DNA of 64,000 nt, taken from contig NC_133618.1 of NCBI RefSeq assembly GCF_048593235.1, positions 676,060,361 through 676,124,360 on the forward strand, given 5' to 3'. Under the pieces are notes generated by a model. The model had not been told where the DNA came from. It did not search any database and saw nothing but the letters and a program-made list of their open reading frames with translations. Positions 25,193-36,700 of the stretch are shown here, piece after piece. The translations under genes and the position numbers were made by a program. Origin of the DNA: Sminthopsis crassicaudata. Its lineage: Eukaryota. The first letter of the stretch is position 1, and each line of letters starts with the position of its first letter.

Positions 25193-25370
25193 CAGGGCTT
25201 CTCAAACTACGGCCCGCGGGCCAGATGCGGCCACTGAGGACGTTTATGCGCCCGCCGGGTTGTGGCAAATGGGCCGAAGGGCGGAGACAGAGTGGGAGCT
25301 TTTGTCCGGCCCTCCCACGGTCTGAGGGACAGTGAGCTGGCCCCCTGTTTAAAAAGCGTGAGGACCACTG
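25193..25370 (+). mobile_element. 178-bp non-autonomous hAT (Charlie group) MITE of the OC1/OposCharlie1 type
   Basis: 5' end CAGGGCTTCTCAAACTACGGCCCGCGGGCCAGATGCGGCC. 3' end GGTCTGAGGGACAGTGAGCTGGCCCCCTGTTTAAAAAGCGTGAGGACCACTG. Imperfect TIRs. The 8-bp flanks CCTTAGAG and CCCTAGAC match at 6/8 and resemble the Charlie NTCTAGAN target. Confidence 0.85.
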
Positions 25371-27699
25371 CCCTAGACCTTTCACATGCTGCTCCACCTG
25401 ACCACTGATTTGGTGCAAAGATTATAATTTCCCAACATTATGAGTTGATTGCAGTTCTTTTTCTTATTAAGAATTGAAGAAACTGTTAATGAGGGAGGTT
25501 CACACAGCTATCAGGCCCCTGTGGGGAGATTCGAACTCAGGCCCACTTGACTACAAATCTATTTACGAGGCTCCCTTGCTGCTACATAAGCTCCATACCC
25601 ATGATGCTTTTCGGTAAGGGAGTAGGAGGCCAGGATGTGTGTAATGGGAAGCCACAGAACGTTTCTCTGCTAGAATAGCACTCCTGGTGCCCGTTCTCTC
25701 TCCGGTTGCTGCCAGTTGGGAAAACCGCTCCGGTCCCGTGGTGGGAATTCCCCTTGTTCTCACTGGGCCTTGTGGCGGGAATCGGAGCAGCTTTGAGCAG
25801 ACGGACAGCTCCCCGGTTCTTTGAGGGGAGGTCGGGTCGCCAGCCCATTTTTCAGAGAGCCAGGTCGTATTCACATTGCTCTGAATGGAATCAGCCCCTT
25901 CCTTTGCTGCCCTCCTCCCTCCTCCCCTCTGAGGCCCCGATGCTCGGCCCGCACCCTGCGCCCTCCTGGTTCGGGATTCCTGCCTCTTGTGCCCATGTGG
26001 CTGCACCGGAATTAGATTAGGGAGGGAGCTGGGGAGGCGGTGACAAGGCGGTGGACCCGGGCCATCGCGGGCAGCCACACACTCCTGCTGGCCCTCGCTC
26101 CCGTCTGCAGAGGAGGGGGCTTTGTGGCGGAGACCCTTGTTCGGTGTGTTTGCAGAGCACAAAAAGGGGGCCCGGTTCTGCAGCCTCAGCAGGGCCCCGG
26201 GCTTCCTGGTGTGGCCCACAGAGCTCCGGGGAGATTCTCCGCTTCAGTTTCTGAAGGGGACGGCTCCCCGAGAAGTGCTTGGGCAGCTTGCCCCGGGCAG
26301 GGTGTTTCCTCGCCCTTCGTCTCTGGGCTGACCCCGCTTGGTGACCCACAGGGTAGTGTTCTAGGCTCATTGGGACCCCCCTGTTTGCCTGTTATGTCTT
26401 CTACCGTGTTGGGAGCATGGCCGGGAGCGGGTCGGCCCCCGCGGGCTGCAGTGTGTCCCCAGCGCCTGGCACCTGGTAGCACTTACTTAATGCCTGTGGC
26501 CTGGTTGGTGTCCCAGTGGTGGATTGTGCAGCACTGAGGCCACTGCCAGGGTCTCCTGGACTGGTGGTCTCGGGGAATCTCTTGCTGCTTTGGGGCCATT
26601 CCTTTGTCTTTCCTCTCCCTCCCTCACTGTCTTTCCCTCTTACTCGTTCCTCTCTTCTTTTCCTTCTCTCCCCCTTTCTATTCTCCCTCCCTGCCCCTCC
26701 CTCCCACATCCCCCTCTCCCTCTTCCCCTTTCCTGGCCCGTGCTGCCCTCAGGCCGTGCTGCCCCCGCAGTCTGGGTGGGGGGTTTCCCGGGCAGGGGCC
26801 GACAGAACACAGCTGCCTCAGGAGGCCAGAACCTTCCCGGGTGGGAAAGAGCCACTTAGTTTTCCCACTTCACCTGCTGGAGCTTCCTCCCTTGGAGTAG
26901 CAGGGAGGCTGCTCTGGCCCGGTTCTTCCCGCGACGAGGTGCCAGTCAGTCTCAGACGCTCTTTTACGAAGGGCTGATGGACGATGAGAGCGCTAATTCC
27001 TTCTGCCAGAAGACTTTGGGGGCTCCCGAGCCAGGGCCGCCCGGGCCGTGCCTTTATAACCGCGGCGTTTGTTTAGGGCCGGTGGCAGTGCCTCACGGCG
27101 GCTTGTCTCATCCAGGTTCGATCTTCGGTGTATTTTGTCTCCACGTACACTAGATGCTCTTGTCGCTCGTTAGGGAGCCAGGCTTCGTGCTCCTCGGCCC
27201 TTCCTCCACGGACGCCCCTCCGAGCGCCTCAGAACTCAGGGGCCCAGGCTGAGGGACCCGGGCAGTCAGCGGGTGGTGCACGATGGGCCTCGGCCTTGGG
27301 CTCGAGCGCTCGTCCTCCGGGCTTCTCCAGTGAGCCATGCGCCCTTCGGGGCCTGGATGCACCGGCCAGCCTTGAGGGCCGGGCCCCCCCGTAATGACTG
27401 AGCTGAAGGGCGGGACCTGCGGGGCCGGGGTATCCAAGCAGGTGGCGGAAGGAGCGCGGGGGGAGATCTGACAGCGAATGGAAATGACCCTTATTGAAGG
27501 AGGCTGGGAGCTCTCAGCGAGAGAACCCATATGTGTAAATGTGTGTGCGTGTGTCCATATCCAATGAAATCTCTATCTCCAAAAACTCACCCACACACAT
27601 TCATATTTATATATACACGTGTAACATACATCTACATCTGTCTATCCATCTCTAGGCAAATAGGGTTAAGTGATTTGTCCAAAGCCCCCTCAGGATATT

Positions 27700-27870
27700 T
27701 ATTTTTGTGTTTTATATTTATGTTATACATTATATTTTCATGATTTATTTATATTTTTATGGTTTACATTATTTATATTTATTATATTATATATTTATAT
27801 TTATATGCTTTATTTATATTTTATATTTATATTTTATTTTATTTATATAAAATATTTATTTTAATATAAA
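27700..27870. repeat. AT-rich low-complexity (TTTATA/TATAT)n tract
   Basis: Almost pure A/T degenerate repeat inside a GC-rich region. Confidence 0.9.
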
Positions 27871-30524
27871 ACAATCCTTTATAATCGTCCGTGTTGGAAG
27901 CCATTTCTGCCCTTGGGGTATCGAGGTAATTGCTCTTCCTTTCCTCCAGCGAAGGCCCAAGAAGCGACTTCTCTGTGATTTCCCTCCTTGAGTCGGGGCC
28001 TTGCAGGATCTTCACCCGCCTCCTTGTTCGGCTGCTGATTTTTTCTATCCTTTTGCCTTTATGCAACAAGAAGCTCTGGGCCTGGTCGGTGTGCTCCTTG
28101 TTGCCTCCCGGCAGCGGGAGGACTGTGGAAAACGTGGAGACCGCTGCTCCGGGGAGCAGGGGATGGCTCTGACTGTGCATCGCTAGGACCCTGACACGTA
28201 GCAGGCCTGAGTGTTTCTTGCTGACTGGCGTGTCCTTTGTACTAAGGTTTGTCATTCCCTCTAAAGAATTCTCAATGTCTGCCACGTCTATTTCTGGGAT
28301 CAGGTTTTATTCTGTTCCTCATGGAGTGAATCAGTGAACGAGGGGCCCCGTTGGACATTAGCGCCCAAAATATTGACCTTCCCGGACACTGTCCAAACCT
28401 CCTGGGGGCCAGCTCTTGGCCGAGCTCTGCCTCCACCTACCACCTGGGGGGTCTGCCCAGCCGGGGTGGGAGCGCTGATACCCGGGACCTGGGGCGTGGT
28501 AGAAAGGGAGCACCTCCGAGGAGAGGGAGGAAGGGGAGCGAAGGAAAGAGCTTTGTTCTTAAGCTGCCAGACAGTGGAGAGGACCGGCTCTCGGTGAACG
28601 TCCATTCACAGAGGGCAGAGCCGGGGTCCCGCCGGGGAGTTTGGGGGTAAGTCAGAACTGGGGTGCCACTGGTTTTAGGACTGCAAGTGAAGGACCAGAA
28701 GGGAAGTGGGAGCGGGGAAGGGATCCATGGTGGGAGAAAACAGCGAGATGGCCCGGAGGCGTCCGCTTGGGGTGGGCATCCACCAGTCCAGGCGAGCTAG
28801 AGTGTGTCTGTCCGGGTGGCTGCTTTTGGTTCACTCAGCCATTCCCTGCATCCCTTCTTTGGGCCAGGATTTCGGGGGGGACTGAATGGGCTTATCACTC
28901 CCATTGATGGGGCTCACAGTGGTCCGGGGCTGCTCTGGCTAGAGAAATGGCTACTCTAGTTTTGTGACTTGGATTAAGTCCCTACTGTGGGCAGGCCGGA
29001 GATCGAAAGGCACAAAGGGCGTGGCCCCCGACTCTCAGGAGCGGGGACAAAGCTGGTCCCCCCCACTTCTCTCCTTCCGGAGGCCGCAGAGGCTGCCGGG
29101 GCCTTCACCTCGGCCTCTGCCTCCCTCCTTGTAGGGAGAACTGCCGGCACCACGAAGGGGGCTGTGGCCCAGCTCCTGCTGCACCCCCACCTCTGGGAGA
29201 GTGCTCCAGCTTACTTCCGGAAGATGTTCCTCCTGCTTGTGGAGGAACGGAGACCCGGGCATCCTGATAGAATTAAGGAAGTTTGGGTCTAGATATTAAG
29301 GAAGTGTGAGTGCCTCTGAGCCCCTCCTGAGCCCCCCATTCTTCATGTTTACAGAGCAGGCGGAGGAGGGGAGGGCTTCGGGGCATTTCCCAGAGGAAGA
29401 TGCTCATTCCCGGGGCTGGGATGGAAAACTAGTCTCCCTCTGTGGCGCTCCGAAAGCTAGGCTTTGAGGAGACACTGAATCATGTCTTTTCCCGCTGTCT
29501 GATTTTCTGTAAATAGGTGTCATTTTGTTCCCAAATTTTATGTAACGTGATGAAATAAACCTTATAATGTATATGTGGTTTTAATCAAAATTTTAGATTC
29601 ATTTTAAAAACCCACTTTGAGGTATCTTGTTCTGCCAGGGCTGTTGTTATTGCCAGTTCTCCGAGCGAGGGAAGGCCACCTTTTGTTTCAAGTCTCAGTT
29701 ACGGGTCATTGTTAACCAACTAGTCGGTTTTAAGACAAGAAAAGAGCGGATTGGTGACTCATGTGAAAGTCATCATTTCAGGGTCATTTAAAAATGAAAT
29801 TGTTCTACTTTAATGAAGTTCTTTTCAGTGAAGGTCATGGGCACTGGCCCTCCACCCTGATTCTGACTGAAAAAGCTAGTGTCTGTCTGTCTGTCTGTAA
29901 GGGATTGGGAGGCTGCCTGGGAGGCCCGCTGTCCGCTCTGTTGGCTCGGGCCCCGGACTCGCTCTGGCAGCCGCGACCTTCCCCCGGGCTGCATTGGCAC
30001 CTCGTGTTTACATGCCAGGTTTCATTTTGCTCTCTAGAAAGCTGCTAACATTGCAGTCCTTGCACTGAGATCCTTGGGAGTCTTCAGACAGAAGGTGGGC
30101 CAGCTTGTTCGAAACATTTTTATAACTTTAATTAGAAACTGTAGAAAATACAGGAAACACATTTCCCCCCACATGAAACAATCGTACTTCCTTCCTGGCC
30201 CAGTGTCACCTTTCCCTCTCCTTTTCTTACACAAAAATACTTTTGAATATAGTTTACTTATGTACAGAGATTGTTAGCCCTCACGTGGTTTTACCGTCCG
30301 GGTGAGTTGATCATTAAAGCCCCAGCGTCCATGGCTCTCACCGAGCATTTGCAACTCATTTTCCTTATGAATGGTTTTCAAGGCAAGAGCCAACCCACTC
30401 GCTTCAACGTTTTTGTAGACTAAAAATACTTGGAACTAAAATGGATTTAATGTGGAAGAAGGAGGAAGCAGGACCCAAATCGGAGTGTGGGTACAAGCTT
30501 CTTGTAAAGATGCTCACACCTTGC

Positions 30525-31400
30525 CTTGCCTTTTCTTTTTCTTTCCTTTCCCTTTCCTTTCCTATTTTTCTGTCCATTCCTTTTTCCTTTCCCTTTCCCT
30601 TTCTTTTCCTTTTCTTTTTTTATTTTCCTTTTCTTTTTTCTTTCCATTCCTTTTTCCTATCCCTTTCTTTTCCTTTTCTCTTTTTTCCTTTCCTTTTCTT
30701 TTTTCTTTCCATTCCTTTTTCCTTTCCCTTTCTTTTCTTTTTCTCTTTTTTCTTTCCTTTTTTCTTTNNNNNNNNNNNNNNNNNNNNNNNNNNNNNNNNN
30801 NNNNNNNNNNNNNNNNNNNNNNNNNNNNNNNNNNNNNNNNNNNNNNNNNNNNNNNNNNNNNNNNNNNNNNNNNNNNNNNNNNNNNNNNNNNNNNNNNNNN
30901 NNNNNNNNNNNNNNNNNNNNNNNNNNNNNNNNNNNNNNNNNNNNNNNNNNNNNNNNNNNNNNNNNNNNNNNNNNNNNNNNNNNNNNNNNNNNNNNNNNNN
31001 NNNNNNNNNNNNNNNNNNNNNNNNNNNNNNNNNNNNNNNNNNNNNNNNNNNNNNNNNNNNNNNNNNNNNNNNNNNNNNNNNNNNNNNNNNNNNNNNNNNN
31101 NNNNNCATTTCCCTTTCTTTTCTTTTTCTCTTTTTTCTTTCCTTTTTTCTTTCCATTCCTTTTTCCTTTCCCTTTCTTTTCCTTTTCTCTTTCCTTTCCT
31201 TTTCTTTCCTTTGCTTTCCCTTTTTTCTTTTTCCTTTCGTCTCCTCTTCTTTCCTCTCCTCTCCTCTCTCCTTTCTCCTTTCCTTTTTTCCTTTTCCCCA
31301 CTCTTCTCCCTCTTTTTGCTCTTTTTCTCTCTCTCCATCTTCTTCCTACTTTCTTTCCTTTCTTCCTCCCTTTCTTCCTTCATTGCCCTCTCCTCCCTTC
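30525..31400. repeat. Polypyrimidine microsatellite (TTTTC/TTTCC)n, partly N-masked
   Basis: Near-pure C/T on the + strand on both sides of the N run 30768-31105. Confidence 0.95.
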
Positions 31401-31919
31401 CCTCCTTCATTTCTCTTTCCAACTTCCTTTGGACTTTTTTCTTCTAGCTCTGATAATACTAAGGATCTATGGCATCTCTACTGTTGCTGATCCCTCCGCC
31501 CTTGCAGATTGCCTAAAGACTTAGTTGAGGAGCTGTACGAATGGCCGAGCCCTGACAGTTCTTCACCCTCCGGCAGGCTGGTATGTAACCTCACGTGGGT
31601 TGCTCCTTGGCTCAGCATCACCCCGCCCGTCACCGGGGCCCTCCTCGCCCATGTGACAGCAGAGGCCTTGGCGAGCCGGCCGAGCCGGGCCCTGGAAAAG
31701 ATGCCCGTCAGTTGGGTGAGCGGGACACTGTGCACAATGACTTCAGTTGTACAAAAAGGAGAAAGGAGATCCCTAGTTCCTATTATGACAAGCGAGGGTT
31801 TGACAGACAAGAGTTAGTGACGCCTCAGGGAAGGGGACTTGGTTATAAAAAGAGAGCTGTAAAGGTGCAAAGAATGAGTGAAAAAATAAAGAAGATTTCC
31901 ATTGTCATGTGTAACCAAG

Positions 31920-33071
31920 AAAGGATTCCAAGTGTCTCTGTTTATTTAAAAAATACCTAAAAACTTTTGATTCACAGCTTTTCCTAAGGAGTCAGGGAGT
32001 ACAGCTTCCTACTAGGTTAAGTGGCGATGACGTTCGTCCGTTGAGGCGGCTAAGCTAAAATGCACTGGGTTCATCTTGGAGATGGTCAGGTCATCAACAG
32101 TTGTTACAAAGCTTAACAAATGATATAAAACCTCTGGCTGCTTTCCCATCGGCCCACAGGAGACCGGAGCCCACAAGAACGTCCTCCGCCGAGGCGACGG
32201 GATGCCCGCGAGCCCTCGGGAGCCGGGGCCTTCCTCGTCTGCCTCTCGGTAGTGGTTTTCAGCTTCTTGCCAGAATTGAGTATTTGGCCTGTGGGTACCA
32301 AAAAGATTAAAAATGAGATCTAAGAAAGCTTAGAGTCCCGAAGCTTTGACCCTGTCAACTTGCAGTGATTAAAGGCGTGTCCTGACTTTGGGCGGTCCGT
32401 GGCTGCTCGCCAACAGGGAAATGAGTGTGGAGATGGAGGAGATGCTCAACGAGAGGTGTCGACGAGACAGAGATGGGATCACTTGGCTTAACTCTACAGC
32501 ACGTGAAGGCAAATATACACAGAGTCACATTTTAGAGAGTATTCATGGTCTCCGACCACTTGAAAAAAATTGTGCTTTCTCCAGAATTTTGTGTGCTGAA
32601 AATTGCACTCACCCCCTGCTTGTTTGCAAAATTAAATGTAAAAATGAAGTCCTGTGCAAACGTAAGGCTTGCTTTTTTCTTCTTATTAGTACTTCAGAAA
32701 AATAAAGGCTGGAAACTAAGTGTGAGTTTCTCTGCTGTGTACAGAATGAGAGCCCGCCCGGCGTTTCTCGAGCAGGTCTGGGGAAGAGGGAAGGGTTCTC
32801 TTTAGCCGTCATCTTCGTATACGGTTCACTTTGCGTTTCCCCTCACACAGCGGTGAAGTGCCAACAGAAGTGGGCAAGGTCTGAAGGGCATCCCTCGCCT
32901 CCGTCTCGTTCTCTGTTAAGTAAAAAGGCCTTTTTGGTAAGCGTGGTGAGAGATGGATGTTGCCCCAACGACAGCACTGTTCAATTGATTCGGAACCTTT
33001 GAAGAAAGGGATCACTCAATTCCAGTGTGTTTTCGAGGTGGCGGCCTTTAGACTCCAGATTCGGTGTTTCG
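31920..33071 (-). other. INSYN2A: INSYN2A 3' UTR (minimum extent; may continue to about 29500-30100)
   Basis: Follows the TAA stop at 33072-33074. First minus-strand AATAAA is at 31941-31946 with U-rich sequence downstream. More distal ATTAAA hexamers lie at 30127-30132, 29809-29814 and 29580-29585. Confidence 0.55.
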
Positions 33072-33255
33072 TTAAAGGAACCAGAGTCTCCATCTTCCAT
33101 GCTTTTTGGATTCAGTTTTGGATTTTTGCTTGGGAGTGGAGGAGTAAGTCTCCGGAGAGTAAGGCAAGGGTGCGACCTGAGTTTCCTCAATGGGATGAAG
33201 TTTTCTCAGAACTGGCTGGAGCTTATCTTCTTGCTGCTTAAAATCCAGTTCCACA
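33072..33255 (-). CDS. INSYN2A: INSYN2A (FAM196A) terminal coding exon, (S)VELDFKQQEDKLQPVLRKLHPIEETQVAPLPYSPETYSSTPKQKSKTESKKHGRWRLWFL*
   Basis: Minus-strand acceptor TTTTGTTTCGTAG ends at 33256. 184 nt = 1 + 60 codons + TAA. The peptide matches the recalled INSYN2A C-terminus and the phase fits the upstream exon. Confidence 0.96.
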
Positions 33256-33761
33256 CTACGAAACAAAAGAGAGGGCAGTCAGTGGTCAGTGGAGCTCAAG
33301 CTAAGCAGGTTAAGAGGGGGTTATTTATTTGTTGGCCTCCAAAATTAATTTTTCTGGTTAATCATCGCCATTGTGGAAGTGCACGGGAAATCATTTCATT
33401 GAGCTGAACTTAATTTCTGACCCTTGGAAAATCAATATGGCTTCTTTAAGATATTCAAATAAGTTTGTAAAGGGGGAAAGATCCAGATCTCTCTCTCTCC
33501 CCTCCCTTACACACACACACGCTTTCCTGGGCCTCCCAACAAGGCCCTGACCAGCTTCTCCAGGCTTTTTTGCCATGGAGCTGAGGCTTGCTTAGGTCCT
33601 GGCCACCCAGCCACCTTCCCCTCACCTGGACTGTCGTGAGAGACTTCTCACTGCATCCTCAGCCCGTGGCTGCCCGGTGACTCCCTACTAACTGCCTCCT
33701 GCTTCAATGGCCCTTCCTTTCCCTGACTTCCAGGGCTTTTCTCCTTCTAACATTTTGTATG

Positions 33762-33792
<31 letters not shown>

Positions 33793-36700
33793 TCTCCCTC
33801 TCCAGACTGTAAGCTGCTTGTGCATTTACACTTTGCCTGAAATATAGTAGGTGCTTGTGTTTGATAATTAGAGCGAGCCGGCAGTGGGCTTTCCCTTCTG
33901 GTGCCCCTTGCTTCAGAAGCGCTTCTGATCCAGCGTCAGGGGGAGCTCGGGCGTCCCTGAAGACCCCTGATAGGAGCTGAGCTGGGAGAGAGGACAGACC
34001 CAAATTGTGCAGCTGGGATGGTTTGTTTAGTTGAGTTCTTCCCTTGACCTAGGGATGAGGTATATTACCTAAGGCGATACTGCTGCGGGAAACCAACGTT
34101 TCCCAAATTTCCCTTGGACCCGCGGACACCCCGGGCATCCTCCTGATGTTTGGGCTCGTGTTGTTGGGTTTAGTCAGGAATTGGGACGACTAAGAGCTTG
34201 GATTTTGTGTATTAATGCAATTTGGGGACTTGTAATTATTGACTTTCCATTAAGCATCTACTTGGAATATCCTGTTATTAAGTAATTAATCACACTCTAG
34301 AACCATGTAATCATGGAAGAATCTAAGTGGGAGCCTTTGTGAACAGAATCCCTCGACTTGCTCCGGGCCCTCACTCTTTCCCGTTGCAGTAAGCACGGAT
34401 TTCAGTTTTGGACGAGCAAACCCCTCCATGTCCCAGCATGCATAGCTGGGCCCTCCCACCCCCCAAAATGGGCAGGGCCCCCGGTGGGGATCCACAAAGC
34501 ATCAGTGCCCAAGAAGGTGAGCTTTAGTGATCCCGTGCTTCCCGCCAGCGAATCCCCTGGGCTCCGGTAGCTCGGCTCGCTCATTAGGACGGAGACAGCT
34601 GGCAAGTGTGGGGGGACCAGAGCGCCCAGAGTGTGGCCCGGCCAGGTGCTCATGGGCCCTGGAGGTCCGACAGCCTTAATAAGGGTGAATGGGAACTGAG
34701 GAGAACTCCCGGCCCTGGATGAGATTAGCTGCCTCGTGAGAGAACATAGTGGTAAAGGTGGGATTCACGGGTCCCGCTTCCTCCTAGCCTTTCCTGTGGT
34801 AGGCAGAGACTGGGGGATTGGTAAAGCCAGAGGGCAGAAGACACCTTGTGCCCTTGCCCTGCCTCTGTCGTGGAGACGCTGCCAGAGAAATGGAGCACCT
34901 CGAGCCACTTCTGAGAGCAGCAGGAGTAGTCCCCCCAGGAGCAGGGAGCTGGACCTTCTCTCATGTCCCAGAGGTGCACAAGAGCCTGCTTGAGCCCAGA
35001 TGTGTCACCAGCTGCCCGGTCGGAGGGCGGGGGACAGGGGAGCTTGTGCTCGCTGGGTTCTGAAGTCCCCTTTAATCTTCAGTCCCTTACAATATTCATT
35101 TCATTGTCATGAATAGGCAAGCCCATTTTCCATGAGTCTCTTCTCCCATGCTCCCATCACACCAGTGACCACATGGGGTTAAAAAGAAGCCCCTTTTGTT
35201 TGGTTTGCTGTTTTTTTCCTCCTGGAACTGCTCATCCCTGCCCTTAACAGTCCGTACTGCTGCTCCATATTGTTGGAATGACATTGCTAGTACAGTTCCA
35301 GCCAAAGGGCTTATCCCGTGGCGTCAGAGCCAGATGGGCCGTGTTTGCATTCGGAATTTAAAGCTCCGGGAAAATCCTTGTTTCATCAGGCTGGGCCACA
35401 GAGATCGAGTGGCCGGGCTCCAGTCTTGGGGTCCAGCTGATTCCCAGCGGCGGGCGGGGGAGAAACTTGGAGCTTCTGTCTTTGCTGCTCTCGTGCATTC
35501 TCCTTTCCAGGTCGTCTCCAGTACTCCGTCTTGGGGTAAGATGAGGGGGAGAGGAGCAGGAGAGGTCCAAAATTCATTTCTGTGGGCTTTGACATAAATC
35601 ACGGCTTGAAAAAGTAGATATTCGTCTGCATTGGTTTGATCCAGGGAGATTTCTGCCTTGTTTTTGCCTCCATGACCTCAACTGAAGGAGGAGATGCCGT
35701 GTCTGCAGAGTGACAGTCCCACTAAATCGTCATACGCATTTCCTCTTAGATTGTTTCCAGTTTTTAAATAGGAAACCTGCTCTTGTTTCACGTTTAGCCT
35801 CCCAAGGACCCTGCCCTGTTTGCCCAGCTGCTGGCACCTTTCTTCCTCAGAGATGCCCTTTTGGCTCCCTCGTGGGTACCATGGGGTACTATTGGGTCAC
35901 CCTTTTTCTTGTTAAACTTGAAGTCTGGGACTATTGGAGCTTTTTCTTTGTCTCCTGCTCCTTAGTTGATTTATTTAAAATCTTGATTGATTTTCTCATT
36001 CTTCGTTTCCCCTTTTGTAACACAGAGATGGTGATAGAACTTGGACTGGCAATATGGCAGGCTTGCTGGGAAAAGCAAATAGAATTTCCCATCTAAGGTT
36101 CTGGCAAAGATCGGCTAATGGACAGATAACCGGGACCCTCCACAGCTGAAGAGGGCAGAGAAAATCTGTGAACTCATTTCCTGCCATTTTGGAGAGATGG
36201 CGTGGAGTAGGGTGGAAGCCGGAGTCAGAACACTGGGGTTCGGGCTCCTCTTTCCTCCCTTTGCAGTGACTTGGGGGCTCTGAGCTGGGATCAGCCGCCG
36301 TGGGCATTGCCCCTAATGACGCTTTCAGGGTCTGGGCTCCAGTGAAGAGAACGCTAGGTAAACCGTAGAGAGCTCTGTAAGCTGTGAAGATCTTTACAGA
36401 AAAGTGATCTTCTGGCATCATTGCTCGGAAAATTAATGAGCTGCCGGGACAGGAATTTGTCAGAATATTTACCTCTGAGGTTTTAACTAAACGTAGTTTG
36501 TCTAACCTTGTCCAAGGCCGTGATTTCCCATCAAACCACGAAGCCACTTCCTTTCTACGAGAGGTAATGATACGTCCTCAGACTTTTCTTCCCTCACCTG
36601 GAAAGGCCTCATTCCTTTGATTTCTATTTCTGTTAGAGCCTTTATTCCCAACTTCTCTTTGAACACTTTCAAATTTTATGGTGAAACTCCTCAGGAATGG

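Noticed and set aside
27670-27864. Hydrophobic F/I/Y-rich ORF resembling a membrane peptide
   Set aside because: It is the translation of an AT-rich low-complexity tract.
30441-31524. 178-349 aa F/S/L-rich and K/R/E-rich ORFs
   Set aside because: They are translations of the (TTTTC)n microsatellite and masked bases.
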